Part shown: positions 35,701 to 48,600 of the stretch, in pieces
Position numbering within the stretch: position 1 is the first letter of the stretch
How the letters are laid out: each line of letters starts with the position of its first letter
DNA from: Podarcis muralis
Taxonomy: Eukaryota
DNA: 64,000 nt
Assembly: GCF_964188315.1 (NCBI RefSeq)
Contig: NC_135657.1
Span: forward strand, 99,634,001 to 99,698,000
Direction: 5' to 3'
Translations under genes and position numbers: made by a program
The notes under the pieces: generated by a model
Told to the model about the DNA's origin: nothing
Database searches by the model: none
Seen by the model: the letters and a program-made list of their open reading frames with translations, nothing else

Positions 35701-37483
35701 CACGTGAGCGGTATTGGCTTAGGCATTGGCTCCCCACTATAACTGACTCCACCTCTCAGGGTGATCGACCAATGGGGTAAACCAAATGAGGGAGCAAGGT
35801 CGATGAGGACCAACCAAAGCTCACCCCTGGGTTCCTGTGGTCCTGGCATGGCCCTTGCCCCTCAAGCAGACTTCAGACGAGATCCAGGACCCCCAGATTC
35901 CTTTAACGGAATACCCAGTTCCTGGAGGGGCAGGTGATGGCCGCACCTCCCCTCCCCACAATCCAACTGAGCCAATGCCTAACCACCACCTTACAAGTTG
36001 TGACGATTTGCTAAGGGGTAGGCGAAAACCAAATGGCTAAAAGCCAATCTGCCAAATGGAAAAAATTCCTACCCAGCCCCTGTTCCAAAACAGGTGACCC
36101 AAACCAAAGCAAGGCCAAGTGACTCTACCTAAACTAGGGAGGGTGGGCGGGTGTTCAGCCGTGCAAATGCAAGTGCCCCACTTGCATAACACTGCTGCTT
36201 TTAAAGCCCCTGGGATCACGCCACCTACTGGCTATTGGCTAAAACAGCCTGGCATGATCCCAGGGGAATGGCCAGGACTTCCTGCTCCTTCCTCTCCACC
36301 ACCATTTTAACCCTGTCAGGTGAGCTCTTGGGTCCTGAGTGCAACCAGGACCCTCTGTTATGAGGATCCCATTTACTTGCAAGCTGCTGTCTGTTCTGAA
36401 TCCAAGTGTACGGAGTCATTTGGATTACTCCAGACCTTCTGCCTGAAAGGGTTTCGCGCTGGTTTGTACATGAATTGAACCAGATTATCTTCATTAGTGC
36501 TGTGAATCAAGACTGGAGTAGGGATAGATGAATCTGTTAGATTCAAGTTGTCTCTGTTTCTCAGTTTTCCAATCTCAGGTGGAGTTTGCTACCTTTCCAG
36601 GTTTTTTCCACCAGGTTTTTTTAGTGCGCATATTTCTTAACATGGAGATTATTGTATCCAGTGCAGTAGCCTAATACGCCCACCTTTGCAAGTGATTTCC
36701 CCTAATAGAAATCATTTGGGGAACTCATCGTCACTTACAGTATATGCGATTTTTGTGCACTTTTCTCTAAAAATTCCATTTTTGTGGCGGGGAAAAGTTC
36801 ATTTGGAGAAGCGCATAGCAAAATGCAAAGAAGCGCAAATGCTGAAGGACAGTTTCTTGTTTCGTGGAACATGAATTATGCTATTTATCCTTAAAATGCA
36901 AATTTCTCCACTATCCTTAGGACAAATGGGAAGAAGTGAAATTTTTCTGGGGGGCGGGTGGCAGCAGGAACATGTACTCAGGAAGATACACCCTAGGGAA
37001 GTTCCCACATAGCTCCAGCAATGTGCCCAGAGGCTTCCACTTATGCAGCTGATTGCAGCATCTGGTTTCCATATCAAAGAAGTGGACCTTTTTGGCAGAT
37101 TTAGATGTTGGCACCAAAGAGTGGGATCTATTCAGCGGGGAGCAGCAACCAGACCTTGTGGATATTAGCTTTTTTATATGCAGGGCAAATCTCTCTTTCG
37201 GATGGTTGCTTTATATTGACACAATTCCTTTCTAAACAGATCTTCAGGTTGTATTTTCAAAAATCCTTTTCAAAGGATGTTGCTCTATACTCAAGAAGCT
37301 ATTCTGTTGCTTAGGGGGGGAAACTTCTTTGCTTTATTTGTTCATCTTTTGCTCTAGGCTTTCAAAGCAAGGGCAAGCAATCTTCCCACTATAAAGAAAT
37401 TCCTGCAGCCTGGAAGCCAAAGGAAACCGCCCCCTGACGATGCATATGTCGCAACTGTGCGTGAAGTTTTCGCGAGTGAATAA
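29748..37483 (+). CDS. GSTA: Glutathione S-transferase alpha class, copy b (223 aa; GSTA4-like active-site signature)
   Basis: Exons 29748-29834, 30059-30110, 32199-32331, 33048-33189, 34099-34230, 37358-37483 (672 nt), all GT-AG. Starts [29 protein letters not shown] and ends [25 protein letters not shown] at 37669-37674. Confidence 0.95.
31331..31668 (-). mobile_element. Sauria SINE (GSTA-b intron 3)
   Basis: Reverse-complement match from the aggtaaaggtaaagggaccc tail to near the 5' end. Confidence 0.92.
34345..34650 (-). mobile_element. RTE-clade LINE 3' fragment
   Basis: ORF 34418-34687 ends [22 protein letters not shown], the C-terminal C2H2-like motif of RTE proteins; GA-rich tail. 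Confidence 0.8.
34726..34900 (-). mobile_element. Degenerate tRNA-derived squamate SINE (Squam3-like)
   Basis: Minus strand reads ggaagggccataaatccatggtacaacctctgctttgtatgcagaaggttccaggttcaatcccc...gtctgactttctagaaggcagcttcc. Family assignment is from recognition. Confidence 0.55.
35235..35550. mobile_element. Degenerate hAT MITE related to 4220-4386
   Basis: The left end cagtggtgtagcgtgggttgctggcacc matches; the right end is decayed. Confidence 0.45.
35660..36370 (-). mobile_element. Unclassified LTR-like repeat, copy 1
   Basis: Shares collinear motif islands with 52608-53405. The minus strand has CCAAT (about 36238), TTTAAAA (about 36205) and AATAAA (35690-35685). Boundaries are uncertain. 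Confidence 0.45.
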
Positions 37484-37860
37484 GAAGCATTGCACCAGAT
37501 TTTTAAGGCTACTTGCCAGAGTCACTATGACTGCTGAAAGCCAGTGGGCCTGTAAATGAAATGATTGTTACCTCTCATGAAAAAGCAATAAGTGGCGATA
37601 CGGAATGTTGAGCAGATGTTGTTTCTGTGCATGGGGGTAAATTGATTTAATGTATGTAAAGTGCCTGCATTAAAATATTCAACAAGAGTGTGTTTTCTTT
37701 TGTACTGCAAAACGACACGGCTACTTATCTATTTATTTATTTATTCGTGCAAATATTTATAGCTTCCCATCTAATGCATTCCTTTTACTCGGAATGGCTC
37801 ACAATAGTATTTTTTTTAAAAAAACAACAACCTTGACATTCATAATAAAACAACTATATA

Positions 37861-38086
37861 CAGTGGTACCTCGGGTTACATACGCTTCAGGTTACAGACT
37901 CCGCTAACCCAGAAATATTGCTTCAGGTTAAGAACTTTGCTTCAGGATGAGAACAGAAATTTTGCTCAGACGGCGCGGCAGCAGCAGGAGGCCCCATTAG
38001 CTAAAGTGGTGCTTCAGGTTAAGAACAGTTTCAGGTTAAGTACGGACCTCCGGAATGAATTAAGTACTTAACCCGAGGTACCACTG
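37861..38086. mobile_element. Tigger/mariner-type MITE
   Basis: Perfect TIRs and TA TSD on both sides; sister of 7076-7301. Confidence 0.92.
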
Positions 38087-38979
38087 TATTCCAACAGCCA
38101 TAAGAACAACATCAACCTATTAAAATAGGACTCTAAACAGGGTTCACCATAGAAAACGTCATTTTTCCAGCACAGTAGAAGTGGGCGAGAACAGGAACGT
38201 GTTCAGCAACCAATGGAAAGCGGCAAGGAAGAATGTGAAAGGAACCTCATGTATTCCAGAATTTGGATGCAGCCTCTCAGAAAGCCCTTTCTTTTGGCCC
38301 AGCCAGTTGTCTCTCCAGTGTGGGGAGATGGCCGTTGTCTCCATGCCCTGCTTTCAGGTTTCCCATTGGCCCTTGGTTGGCCACTGAGACAGGATGCTGG
38401 GCTAGAAAGGCCTTTAGTGTGACCCAAGCAGGGCCCTTAAACAGGCTCAGATGGTCCTTCTAGTGACCTAGTCATGAGCCGTTTAGCACATCAAGGTCGT
38501 AACCAGCATTTTGAATTGTGCCTGGAAAGGAGCCAGGAGCCAGTGCAGCTGTTGTGCTTCTTTGTCTGGCACAATTTCTGCAGATTATATTTTCCCTTCC
38601 TATCCCTGATATTACCTAATTACTACTGTTTATTAAATTCTAGTATTCCCGAACAGGCTCTATAACAGTATCATAGCCCACAGATGCTGTATTTTGCCTT
38701 GCATGCATGGGGAGTCAGATTCTGTGAGCAGAAAATAATCCATTTGAGATGGGCTAATCTTACAGAATTTTGCAGATAAATAAAGTAAATAACAGGATAA
38801 AAAGTGTCTTGTGCATTGAGGACTAATTGACTAGAGGTTTTTCCCCCAGTGTCCGTGTGACTGTAGCACAGATGGATTTGTTTCTCTGTGTGGATACATA
38901 TATTTGGTATTTTCAAAACTTTCCACAAGGGTCTTTTGTGCTGCGCTGTGCTGTGTAACAGAGTAGCATAGCTACGCTT

Positions 38980-39217
38980 CAGGAATGTGAAAAGGCCTGG
39001 CCTTGGGGGGACTTCCTCCTCCCCTCAGCAAAAGGGTGGGCAAGGGAAACCCCCCTGATTTAGCAGCCAGGCAAAACTGTTTGGACTTGTTCAGCAGCAG
39101 CTTTATTTAATCGCAGATGCAAATCTTCAGAGAAGGTGGAACAAAAACCAGCAAAGAAAAGGCAGAGCTCAGTTTCTTTTGCCTAGGCCCTGGAAGTGGA
39201 TTCAGGTTTGGTTGGAG
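38980..39217 (+). promoter_or_regulatory. Predicted promoter and non-coding exon 1 of GSTA-c
   Basis: Homologous to 22981-23280 (minus). Contains the GT-box gggtgggc and the octamer ATGCAAAT; donor GAG|GTTAGT at 39218. Confidence 0.65.
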
Positions 39218-40352
39218 GTTAGTACGGGGGGGGGGGGGATTACTTACACACTCAGTCATCTGGTAATAATTGAAAAGAGGGATGAGGAACCAAAGGTGGC
39301 CAACTGGCATTTCTATCCAGTTTGGCACACCTTAAATGCAATTCGGTTGCACTTTGATTTTAGTGGAGGTGAGCGACGGAGAAGCAGGGGGCTTTTAGAA
39401 AGCAGAAGGGTCGGGTGTTGAAAAGAGAGGAAGGGGCAGAAGGGAAAGGGGTTTGAGACGTAGAAGTGGAATCCTGAAAGACAACAGGGGCAATTAGTTG
39501 GGTCAGCAAGTTGGATAGAGGAAAGGAAATACTGTGGGGTAACTGCAAACGGAGAAGTTGAAAGAAGCAGAGGTTGCTCTCCTGAGATGTGAAAAATGGT
39601 AGGTGGGAAGGGGAGTGGGAAGTGGCTGGATAAAGAGAACAACACCCACCATTTTGAGGTCTGGGGGATAAGCAGGAGGAGTCCAGAAAATGAAGCATTG
39701 CAGGAACGAGCTTACATTAATAGTATATCAGGAGACAGGGGTGAGCTTTCCCTGGAAGGACTATTGTTCTGTAACTGCATGGCAGCCAGAAATTCAACCA
39801 GAAAGCCCATTGCTTTGTCAGTGGGGCAGAGTGAGAGAAAAGCTGTCGGTTTTCTGGTGCTCTGGCTGCCAAGAATAGAAGCTCCTAGTTGGCAGCAATC
39901 ACCTCTGCAGATTAAGAAGTCTAAAAATAATGTGTTCTAATGCTGTGAAGCTTTGTGCGTACACTTGAGAGTAGCTTGTTCTAGTGGTACTTTCTTAGTG
40001 AACACACTTAACACCTAGGCTAGGCCTGAACATTATTATCAGTTTTAAGAGGGCTGGTTATGCTTTGCCCGCCTTGCATTTGCAGTGCCAAGAGAAGAGG
40101 GGAGCTTTGATGTTTATATTGACTTGGATCCTAAGGCAGGTTAACTCAAGAGAAATTCCCTATCCCTTGTAGGTGGTGTAAGGGATGGAAGGATTAACCA
40201 AAATCAGACTTCAGTTCTAGGATAACTTAAGGAAGTTGATGGAAGGAAACATGGGCATAGTCAAGGGGAGGGGGAGGGCATACTGAAGGGGACCCTCTAG
40301 GTCCACAAATAATATTGAAAAGCATTGAATGGACTCAGTTATCTGAGGTTCT

Positions 40353-40392
<40 letters not shown>

Positions 40393-40426
40393 CAGAAGCC
40401 TGCCCCCCGCCGCAATGTCCTATTTA

Positions 40427-40778
40427 AAGGTAAAGGGACCCCTGACCATTAGGTCCAGTCGTGACCGACCCTGGGGTTGCGGTACTCATCTCGTTTTATT
40501 GGCCGAGGGAGCCGGCGTACAGCTTCTGGGTCATGTGGCCAGCATGACTAAGGTACTTCTGGTGAACCAGAGCAGCGCACGGAAACGCCGTTTACCTTCC
40601 CACCAGAGCGGTACCTATTTATCTATTTGCACTTTGACGTGCTTTTGAACTGCTAGGTTGGCAGGAGCAGGGACCGAGCAATGGGAGCTCACCCCGTCAC
40701 GGGGATTCGAACCACCGACCTTCTGATCAGCAATTCCTAGGCTCTATGGTTTAACCCACAGCACCACCTGCGTCCCAT
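40427..40778 (-). mobile_element. Sauria SINE (GSTA-c intron 1)
   Basis: 13-bp TSD AATGTCCTATTTA (40414-40426, 40779-40791). Confidence 0.95.
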
Positions 40779-41203
40779 AATGTCCTATTTACAGGGTATT
40801 TAAACTCGTGATTTCCTAAAGAAAACTCAATAACTTTGGCTGCTCTGCCTTCTAACAAGAATCCTGGCTACGCCCATTAGAAGGAAAGTTTCTACTCCTC
40901 TTCATTCCCACATCAGCCACTCATGCTGGAGCATTGTGGAGGGTCCACATTGTTTAAGAGGACCCTCTGATTCTCGTTACACACTTTGGAAAGAATATAT
41001 CTATAACTGCCAAACATATAGGATCGATTACAATAGCAGACATGCAAAGTTAACAATCTTCTTTAAAACTTGGGGAGAGTCAGTGACATGATTACCTAAA
41101 TAAAGGTGCTTGCTTGGCATAAGTTGTTCAGAAGTTGCAGTCTAGTTGCAATAGCTATCCCTATGAAATGGACCAGTTCATACATGGTCAATGGTTAACT
41201 TAT

Positions 41204-41214
41204 TGCAATGTCAT
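41204..41214 (-). promoter_or_regulatory. Candidate ARE (ATGACATTGCA) in the GSTA-c 5' region
   Basis: Full RTGACnnnGCA match on the minus strand. This is a motif match only. Confidence 0.35.
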
Positions 41215-41746
41215 GCTACAATGTGCTAAAATCCAGAAGGAATGAATCCTCAGTCGGAAGCCTCTAAAATTACAGGTGCCCCCCAGAGAGATTATTTCTG
41301 ACCCTCTCCCCATCCAATCCAAATCTGGAAGAGGGACAAGGAAAGAGCAGCATCTGTGGCATCAGGCTACAAAAAGTTGGATGGGGGGCATAGTTCACTC
41401 TATGTAAAGATCCAAAAACAATTTTTTAAAAAACAGCAGAGAACCAGACATGTGCGCAATAGTTCAACACCTCAGTTTTAAGGCTGGTGCTGCTGGTGCT
41501 TTGTGCATTGAACAGCTTCAGAAGAGGCAAAAACCCAATGGATAAATTTCACCCTCAGCATGAAGCTAAAGTAGTGGGGGAAAGTCTACCTGCTGAAGCA
41601 TGAGAGTTGGAGTTTAACTGCAGATGTTGAGCTTAAAAATAAATCTCTGTTTTGGGGGAGCATGTTTTACCATCGATGCAATTGTACTGAGACTTGATGA
41701 GTTTAGGAAAATAAGAAAGCCAAGTTGATGAATGGAAATAATGCTT

Positions 41747-42019
41747 ACTGGAAGGACAGATCGTGAAGCTGAGGCTCCAATACTTTGGCCACCTCATGAG
41801 AAGAGAAGACTCCCTGGAAAAGACCCTGATGTTGGGAAAGATGGAGGGCACAAGGAGAAGGGGACGACAGAGGACAAGATGGTTGGATAGTGTTCTCGAA
41901 GCTACCAGCATGAGTCTGACCAAACTGCAGGAGGCAGTGGAAGACAGGAGTGCCTGGCGTGCTCTGGTCCATGGGGTCATGAAGAGTCGGACACGACTAA
42001 ACGACTAAACAACAACAAC
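41747..42019 (+). mobile_element. BovB (RTE) LINE 3' end
   Basis: ORF KLRLQYFGHLMRREDSLEKTLMLGKMEGTRRRGRQRTRWLD; (CAA)n tail; 6-bp TSD ATGCTT (41741-41746, 42020-42025). Confidence 0.92.
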
Positions 42020-42610
42020 ATGCTTGATAGGAAAGATCGTACTTCTGTCTAACACAGGTTGCAAGGAGCCTCGCTTGTTCTTTGTTCTCAGTAGGAGAAA
42101 CATATAAAGATGTCTCATCTCCCAAGGTAAGGATGAAGAAGTAGGAAAATAAGGTCAGCAACCATGAGAGGATCAGTTGAGAACCCGAGGACAGGTCAGG
42201 TCAAAGAACAGTCTAAGAAGCTTGAACTTTCCTCCTTTTTTTGGATTATATTTTATTACATTTCAACATTTTTAGCATATACAATCAAAACACAATTTCA
42301 TATTTTTGTCAACTTCCAATGTATTTTTCCATGGAGTTGTTGTTTCTTTCCTTCTGCTGAACCCTCTCTTCTATCTATCAAATCTTAACCACAATATTGT
42401 GTGCAAACCTACCAGCCTTTAGTACAAGCTGAGTTGTATCCCAGCACTTTCGACACTGAATGTTCTGCCTGTTCGACTCATGGCCGTTTCCCCCTATTCT
42501 AATGCATCTTTCTCCCGCTTCCATTTTTAGGACAGTCCACAATACTGTTCTACTGTGAAGCTGTTCAGTCAATTGTGTTGTGCTTGACAGAGTAGAAGAC
42601 TACCCAAACG

Positions 42611-45600
42611 ATGGCTGGGAAACCCAAGTTGCACTATGCTAATGGGAGAGGGAAGATGGAATCCATCCGTTGGCTGCTTGCAGCAGCTGGAGTAGAGGTT
42701 TGTGTGCCCATAAAAGGAAGAGGCGGGGCAATGCTGGGTAGATGAACCAACAATGGCCAAAATAAATGGCCTCTTCTGCACAGGAAGCAGAAGATGCCAC
42801 AGATGTCTTATCAACATAACTGTGTGCGCGCATGTTCCTGTATATATTGTTATATGCATTTATATATGTGTGTGCTTCAGCTCAGGAAAACTACAGAAGC
42901 ATATGATGAAATAGAGTGTAGTCTTTCAAAAATTCGGTCCTGCTTATGTCACTCAAGCAGTGAAGCCAATTTCCACCCACTTTTAAGGGTGTGGGTTTCT
43001 CAATTCTGGGTGCTCATACGCTGTATAGGAAATATCCGTCCCCAGGAAGCAAACGATTTGGCTGCCAATTAAAAGACCATTTTTTCATATTGACTCATAC
43101 AGCGGAAGCCAATGCATGTTCACTTAGATGTGAGTCGCACTCAGCAGATATAGGACTGCAGCATCAATCATCTGCTAGGGAACCTGCGGCTATATTTTAG
43201 AATATATAATTTCCAACGTAATAGAAATGTCACCAGTAAGAGAGGGGAATCATAATGCAGTTATACCTCAGAAGTTGAACGGAATCGGTTCTGGAAGTCT
43301 GTTCGACTTCCAAAACATTCAGAAACCAAGGCGCGGCTTCCGATTGGCTGCAGGAAGGCACAGAACCCACGTCGGACGTTCGGGTTCCAAAGAACATTTG
43401 CAAACTGGCCAAATTGTTCAGCTTGCAAAGTGTTCGACTTCCAAGGTACGACTGTATTCCACAGCTACAGAAAGAGGGCCAAGGGGAATTGGATGTCTGG
43501 CATTGGTTCAGAGTCCTCCATCTGGGTCTTATTTCAATGGGTTGAATGGCTTGTCTTTGGAAGCCATTTTTAGGAATATGCTTATATGAATAGCGTGGCT
43601 AATCTGCACAATGAAAACAAAAATAGTAAAGAAAATATGCATTGTGTAGAGTCTGAGCATATGATTTCTGCAAAGACAAAGAGCCCATTTTCACCCAACC
43701 ACTGCTTCTCTAATAGAAATCAGTTCAAATGAAGGGTACGGATTGAGAAAAATGAAACTTAAAAACAGTTTTTCAAAAATTTCAAGAAGCATCAGCTGCT
43801 CTTAAACTAAAATAAAAGATAAGTATCTGTTAATTATTCTCTGCAAGGTCAGCAAAGATTTGTAAAGTTAAGATAATTTTTTTAAAAAAATTGGCTGCTT
43901 TGTTTCAGTTTGAAGAAGAATTTATAGAGAAAAAGGAAGACTTGGAAAAATTACGGAATGGTAAGTCTATAGGTGAAAGTGTTGCCCGCATGCGACTGCT
44001 TTAAAGACTGGCTCTGTATTGACTGAATCTGTTAAAAATAAAAACCGCTTTGTCCTGGGGTCCACGTCAGTGTCTACACATAGTTATTTTCAGGGGTAAG
44101 ATTGGTTCAGTCTTCCCTTGAACTAGAAAAACAATAGGGAATTAGGATTTAGGGATGTTGAAGAATTTCAAGCAAAGTGGAAATGGGAGGGGAAATTGCC
44201 AGTGTTTGCTTATTTGTCTCATGTCCAGAAGAGAAATCAATCCAGTTAATGGGATTAAACCTGGATAGCTTAGTTGGTTAGAGCAAGGTGTTGATAAACC
44301 CAAGATTGCAGGTTCCCCGTGTGGGACAGCTACACATTCCTGCATTGCAGGGGTTTGGGACAAGATGATCCTCAGCGTCCCTTCCAACTCTACAATTCTA
44401 TGATTGGTATGCACTGTTGTTGCTTTCTGTCCACAGATAATAAATAAATGATTGTGCCATTCATTCATTCATTCATTCATTTATTCATTCATTTCCTACC
44501 CTTCACCATAAGGTCCCGGGGTGGGTTACAACATTGAAACACAACATTAAAAACAATTTGAAACAATGTATACACACATGAAGGGACGCGGGTGGCGCTG
44601 TGGGTTAAACCACAGAGCCTAGGACTTGCCGATCAGAAGATCGGCGGTTCGAATCCCCGTGACGGGGTGAGCTCCCGTTGATCAGTCCCTGCTCCTGCCA
44701 ACCTAGCAGTCCGAAAGCACGTCAAAGTGCAGGTAGATAAATAGGTACCGCTCTGCCGGGAAGGTAAATGGCATTTCCGTGCGCTGCTCTGGTTCGCCAA
44801 AAGCGGCTTAGTTATGCTGGCCACATGACCCGGAAGCTGTACGCCGGCTCCCTCGGCCAATAAAGCAAGATGAGTGCCACAACCCCAGAGTCGGTTATGA
44901 CTGGACCTAATGGTCAGGGGTCCCTTTACCGTTTATACACACATGAGATGTATACACACAGAGACACACATTTGTGTTGCGCTTCCTTTGCATTAGAAGG
45001 AATGAGATGGCGTAATATAACGACAATATGATTTACACAATGAGTTATGTAAGTCACGTAATTTCGCCAATGATGAACAGAATAGAAATAGCGCATGGAA
45101 CAAATACAGGGTGGAAATAAAACGATGCCTTTCCATGTTCCTATTTGAGCTGTGCAGACCAAAAGGGAGGCAGATTTTCCTGAAGAAAGATCTGTATCAG
45201 AGACTTAATACACCATTTTTAACTTTCAAAGAAGGCAGTCTGAATCGATCTGAAGTATTGGTTTAAGCTGCTTAAGTTGGTAAGGACTGAATCACTTATC
45301 CCACACCCGCCCTCTTTTTTAAAGATGGACAGCTCCTGTTTCAGCAAGTGCCCATGGTGGAAATGGATGGGATGAAGATGGTGCAGACGCGAGCTATTCT
45401 CAACTACATTGCAGCAAAGCACAACCTCTACGGGAAGGACCTGAAGGAGAGAGCACTGTACTTATGAACATGTAGAATTCACTCTAGGTCTATTTTTTTA
45501 ATAGAAAGCCAGCTCTTGACAGAAGCTGAAAATATGGAATGTATGCACTGAACTGCAAACATCCAGCTATCTTCCTGCTTTTGCTTCTCTGTATTCCTAG

Positions 45601-48600
45601 AGCTAGAGCTAGCTATGTCACAATGTGACTCTTACAAGGAAATTTAGGCTATAGCTACTTGGGGAGGAAAACCGTACCATAACATGGTAATGGCAAGCTT
45701 AACATAACTGTCAACTTTCCAACCATGTATGGAACATGCCAGATTGAATATCAGAGAATGGAAAGACACTGCATATGTTATGTTTAATACAGTGTTGATG
45801 TTTCTCTTATTTATGTTGTAATTATGATATGATCTAATTATATATAGATTGACCTGTACTTTCACGATAATAATTGGGTGGTAATTTCTTGTCTAAGGAT
45901 ATGCAGTGTTAAAATGGGAAAACGGGAAGCCACCAGGGGGTATTGTTGTTGCTGTTGTTGTTTAGTCATGTCCAACTCTTCGTGACCCCATAGACCAAAG
46001 CACACCAGGCACTCCTGTCATCCACTGCCTCCTGCAGTTTGGTCAAACTCATGCTGGTAGCTTCGAGAACACTGTCCAACCATCTCGTCCTTTGTTGTCC
46101 CCTTCTCCTTGTGCCCTCCCTCTTTCCCAACATCGGGGGGGGGGGGCAGGAAGTCTAATAGGAATAGATGGAGAAAATATGTAGAATATGCGTATATGTA
46201 TTGAAACTTTGGAAAAATAAAAAATAAAATAATAGTAATAATAATAAAGCAAAAAAAAGAAAAGAAATAAGAGAAACTAAGAAAACAAAGCCTGAAAGTA
46301 ACTGTGCTAATGGCTTCTTTCAGGATTGACATGTACGTAGAAGGAACAACTGATCTGATGGGGATGATAATGACCCTCCCTTTCCAGCCCCCTGAGAACA
46401 AAGAAAAGCAGACCAGCCTAATGTTTGAGAGGGCCACAACCAGATATTTCCCAGTTTATGAAAAGGTAAGGGCTTGTCAGGTAGCAACGTAGAATGTGCA
46501 GCTAGATCTCGACTGCTGAAGGTGTATGGGGAGATCCATCCATAGCAGCAGCAAAATTCTGCGGAAGCACTTAAATGTGGAATAGTGAACCTACAAGTCC
46601 ACCAACATTTTTTGGGGGTAGTACAACTCTCGCCGCAACCCCAGAGTCGTCTGCGACTGGACTTAACTGCCAGGAGTCCTTTACATTTACCTTTTTTACA
46701 ACTCTCCTAATTCCTGACCATTGGCCATGCTGGCTAGGGCTGATGGGAGCTGGAGTCCAGCAAATATTTGTTTTCCCACCCCAGATGTCACGTTCCAATG
46801 CTACTGAGCAGAGGATCACAGCAATGAGGGCCTTTCGGTGTTATGCAGTGGGATACATGCAGGTGTGTAAAATGTATATTTGAACGAAAAAGCCAAGTGG
46901 CTACTCTCATGGGACAGTCCCTGCCTGCCTCTCAGCCTTACATGTCTGAATTACAAAAGAAGCAGAAATAATCCACAAGGAGCCTCTGTTGCCCAGTATG
47001 AGCCAGGGGTCTACAAACCCTCAACAATGACTTCTATTTCTTTGTATGCCACAGGTTTTAAAAGATCATGGACAAGATTTCCTTGTTGGTGGGAAGTTCA
47101 GCTGGGCAGATGTCCATCTGCTTGAAGCTATTCTGATGGTCGAAGAGATGAAGCCTGATGTTCTTTCTGCCTTTCCTCTGCTGCAAGTGAGTGAACTAGG
47201 ACATGTTCTGAGACATGAGATGGAACGTAAACTGTAAGACTGTGTGTATTCACAGAGTGCAAATACAGCAACTGGATAAACTTCAGTCATAGGAGTGTGC
47301 CGCACTTAGCATGTCATAATCTCGATGTTGGTGATTATGGTGGTGTATGAGAGCAAGTTCAAGTGGCTATCTGGGGGATATGTCTTATGTCAGGCATCTG
47401 GAAGTTTCTGTGGAGCAGGCATCTAGACTTCTGCATCTACTTTGCTTGATGATAAAAGTGCTTCATCTCCTGGCTAGAATTGCCTCAGTTTGACGCTGAT
47501 GCTAAGACAACCTGACTGAAAAAGGCTCACGAGATCATAGAGTTGGAGGGGGACTTGTAGAAAGACTATAGAGAAAGTTCAGATTTCACATGTGGCTTGA
47601 GGACCATGGGACAATAGGACCACAGATCTTCTCCTTCCCATAGGTGATTGAATGTGAAAATTATTGTTACTGTGTTCATTAATCAGTCAGAATCTTTATT
47701 TGCTTGTGTGGGAATGTTCAGGGAAGTAGGAGAGGCTATATTGTCTGATAATAGCCTTTCCAACTTGTGTTAACAAGTTCACAATTTTAGCAGAGTAACA
47801 TTCCCCCTTTTAAACTTGCAGCAGATGTGTTTGCTCAGGCTCGCTAAAGCCTCTATAAAAACTGTTCTGGTATTTCCCCCTCATTCCCTCATAAAAGATA
47901 AGACACGACACAGTACTTCTATAAAAGTATAAAAAGGTTTACTCACACATCATTCTGTTCACAATAGGATCCCAGAAGGCATACTTAGCTTACCGTAGAA
48001 AAGTAACATATACCTGGAAACTATCTCATAAGAAGACAGTACCTTTTTTCCCTTTCTTTTCTTTCTTCCCCCCCCCCCTTTTTTTTTTGTCCTCTCTTGG
48101 CTGGAGCCAAGAGAGCATCTTTGGCTAAGCAGATGTTGCTTCTTTGATGCATGTAGTCAAAAAGAGAGGGAGATGGCTGCCCTGTGCTTTTGTTGTTACC
48201 TGCACAGGTGAGGCCACATCCACTTCAAGTCACATGCAGAGGAAATCTGTCCCAGCCCAGAAGGAAACAGGAAGTTTACCTGCTAGCTGGACAAACATTC
48301 CTCCCCATGTGTAAACATGTTCACTCTAGGAATGTTGTACTTTACTGCTCTTGTGTTTCACATCCCACAGTTTGAAGGAATGGGATTTCTATTATAATCA
48401 AACCAGCCTTTTACCCAATTTTATTTTATGAATCTGAAATAAATAGGGAAGGGAACAAATTGAGACCCCCACACACACATTACTAATAACCCCATGTAGT
48501 ATTTATGGGTTTTGTTTTTTAAAAACTTTTTATTAACACATACTGCACTACTTCATTAATTTAGACTCATGGGCTTAATTTTTTCTGTATGGTTTTTGAA

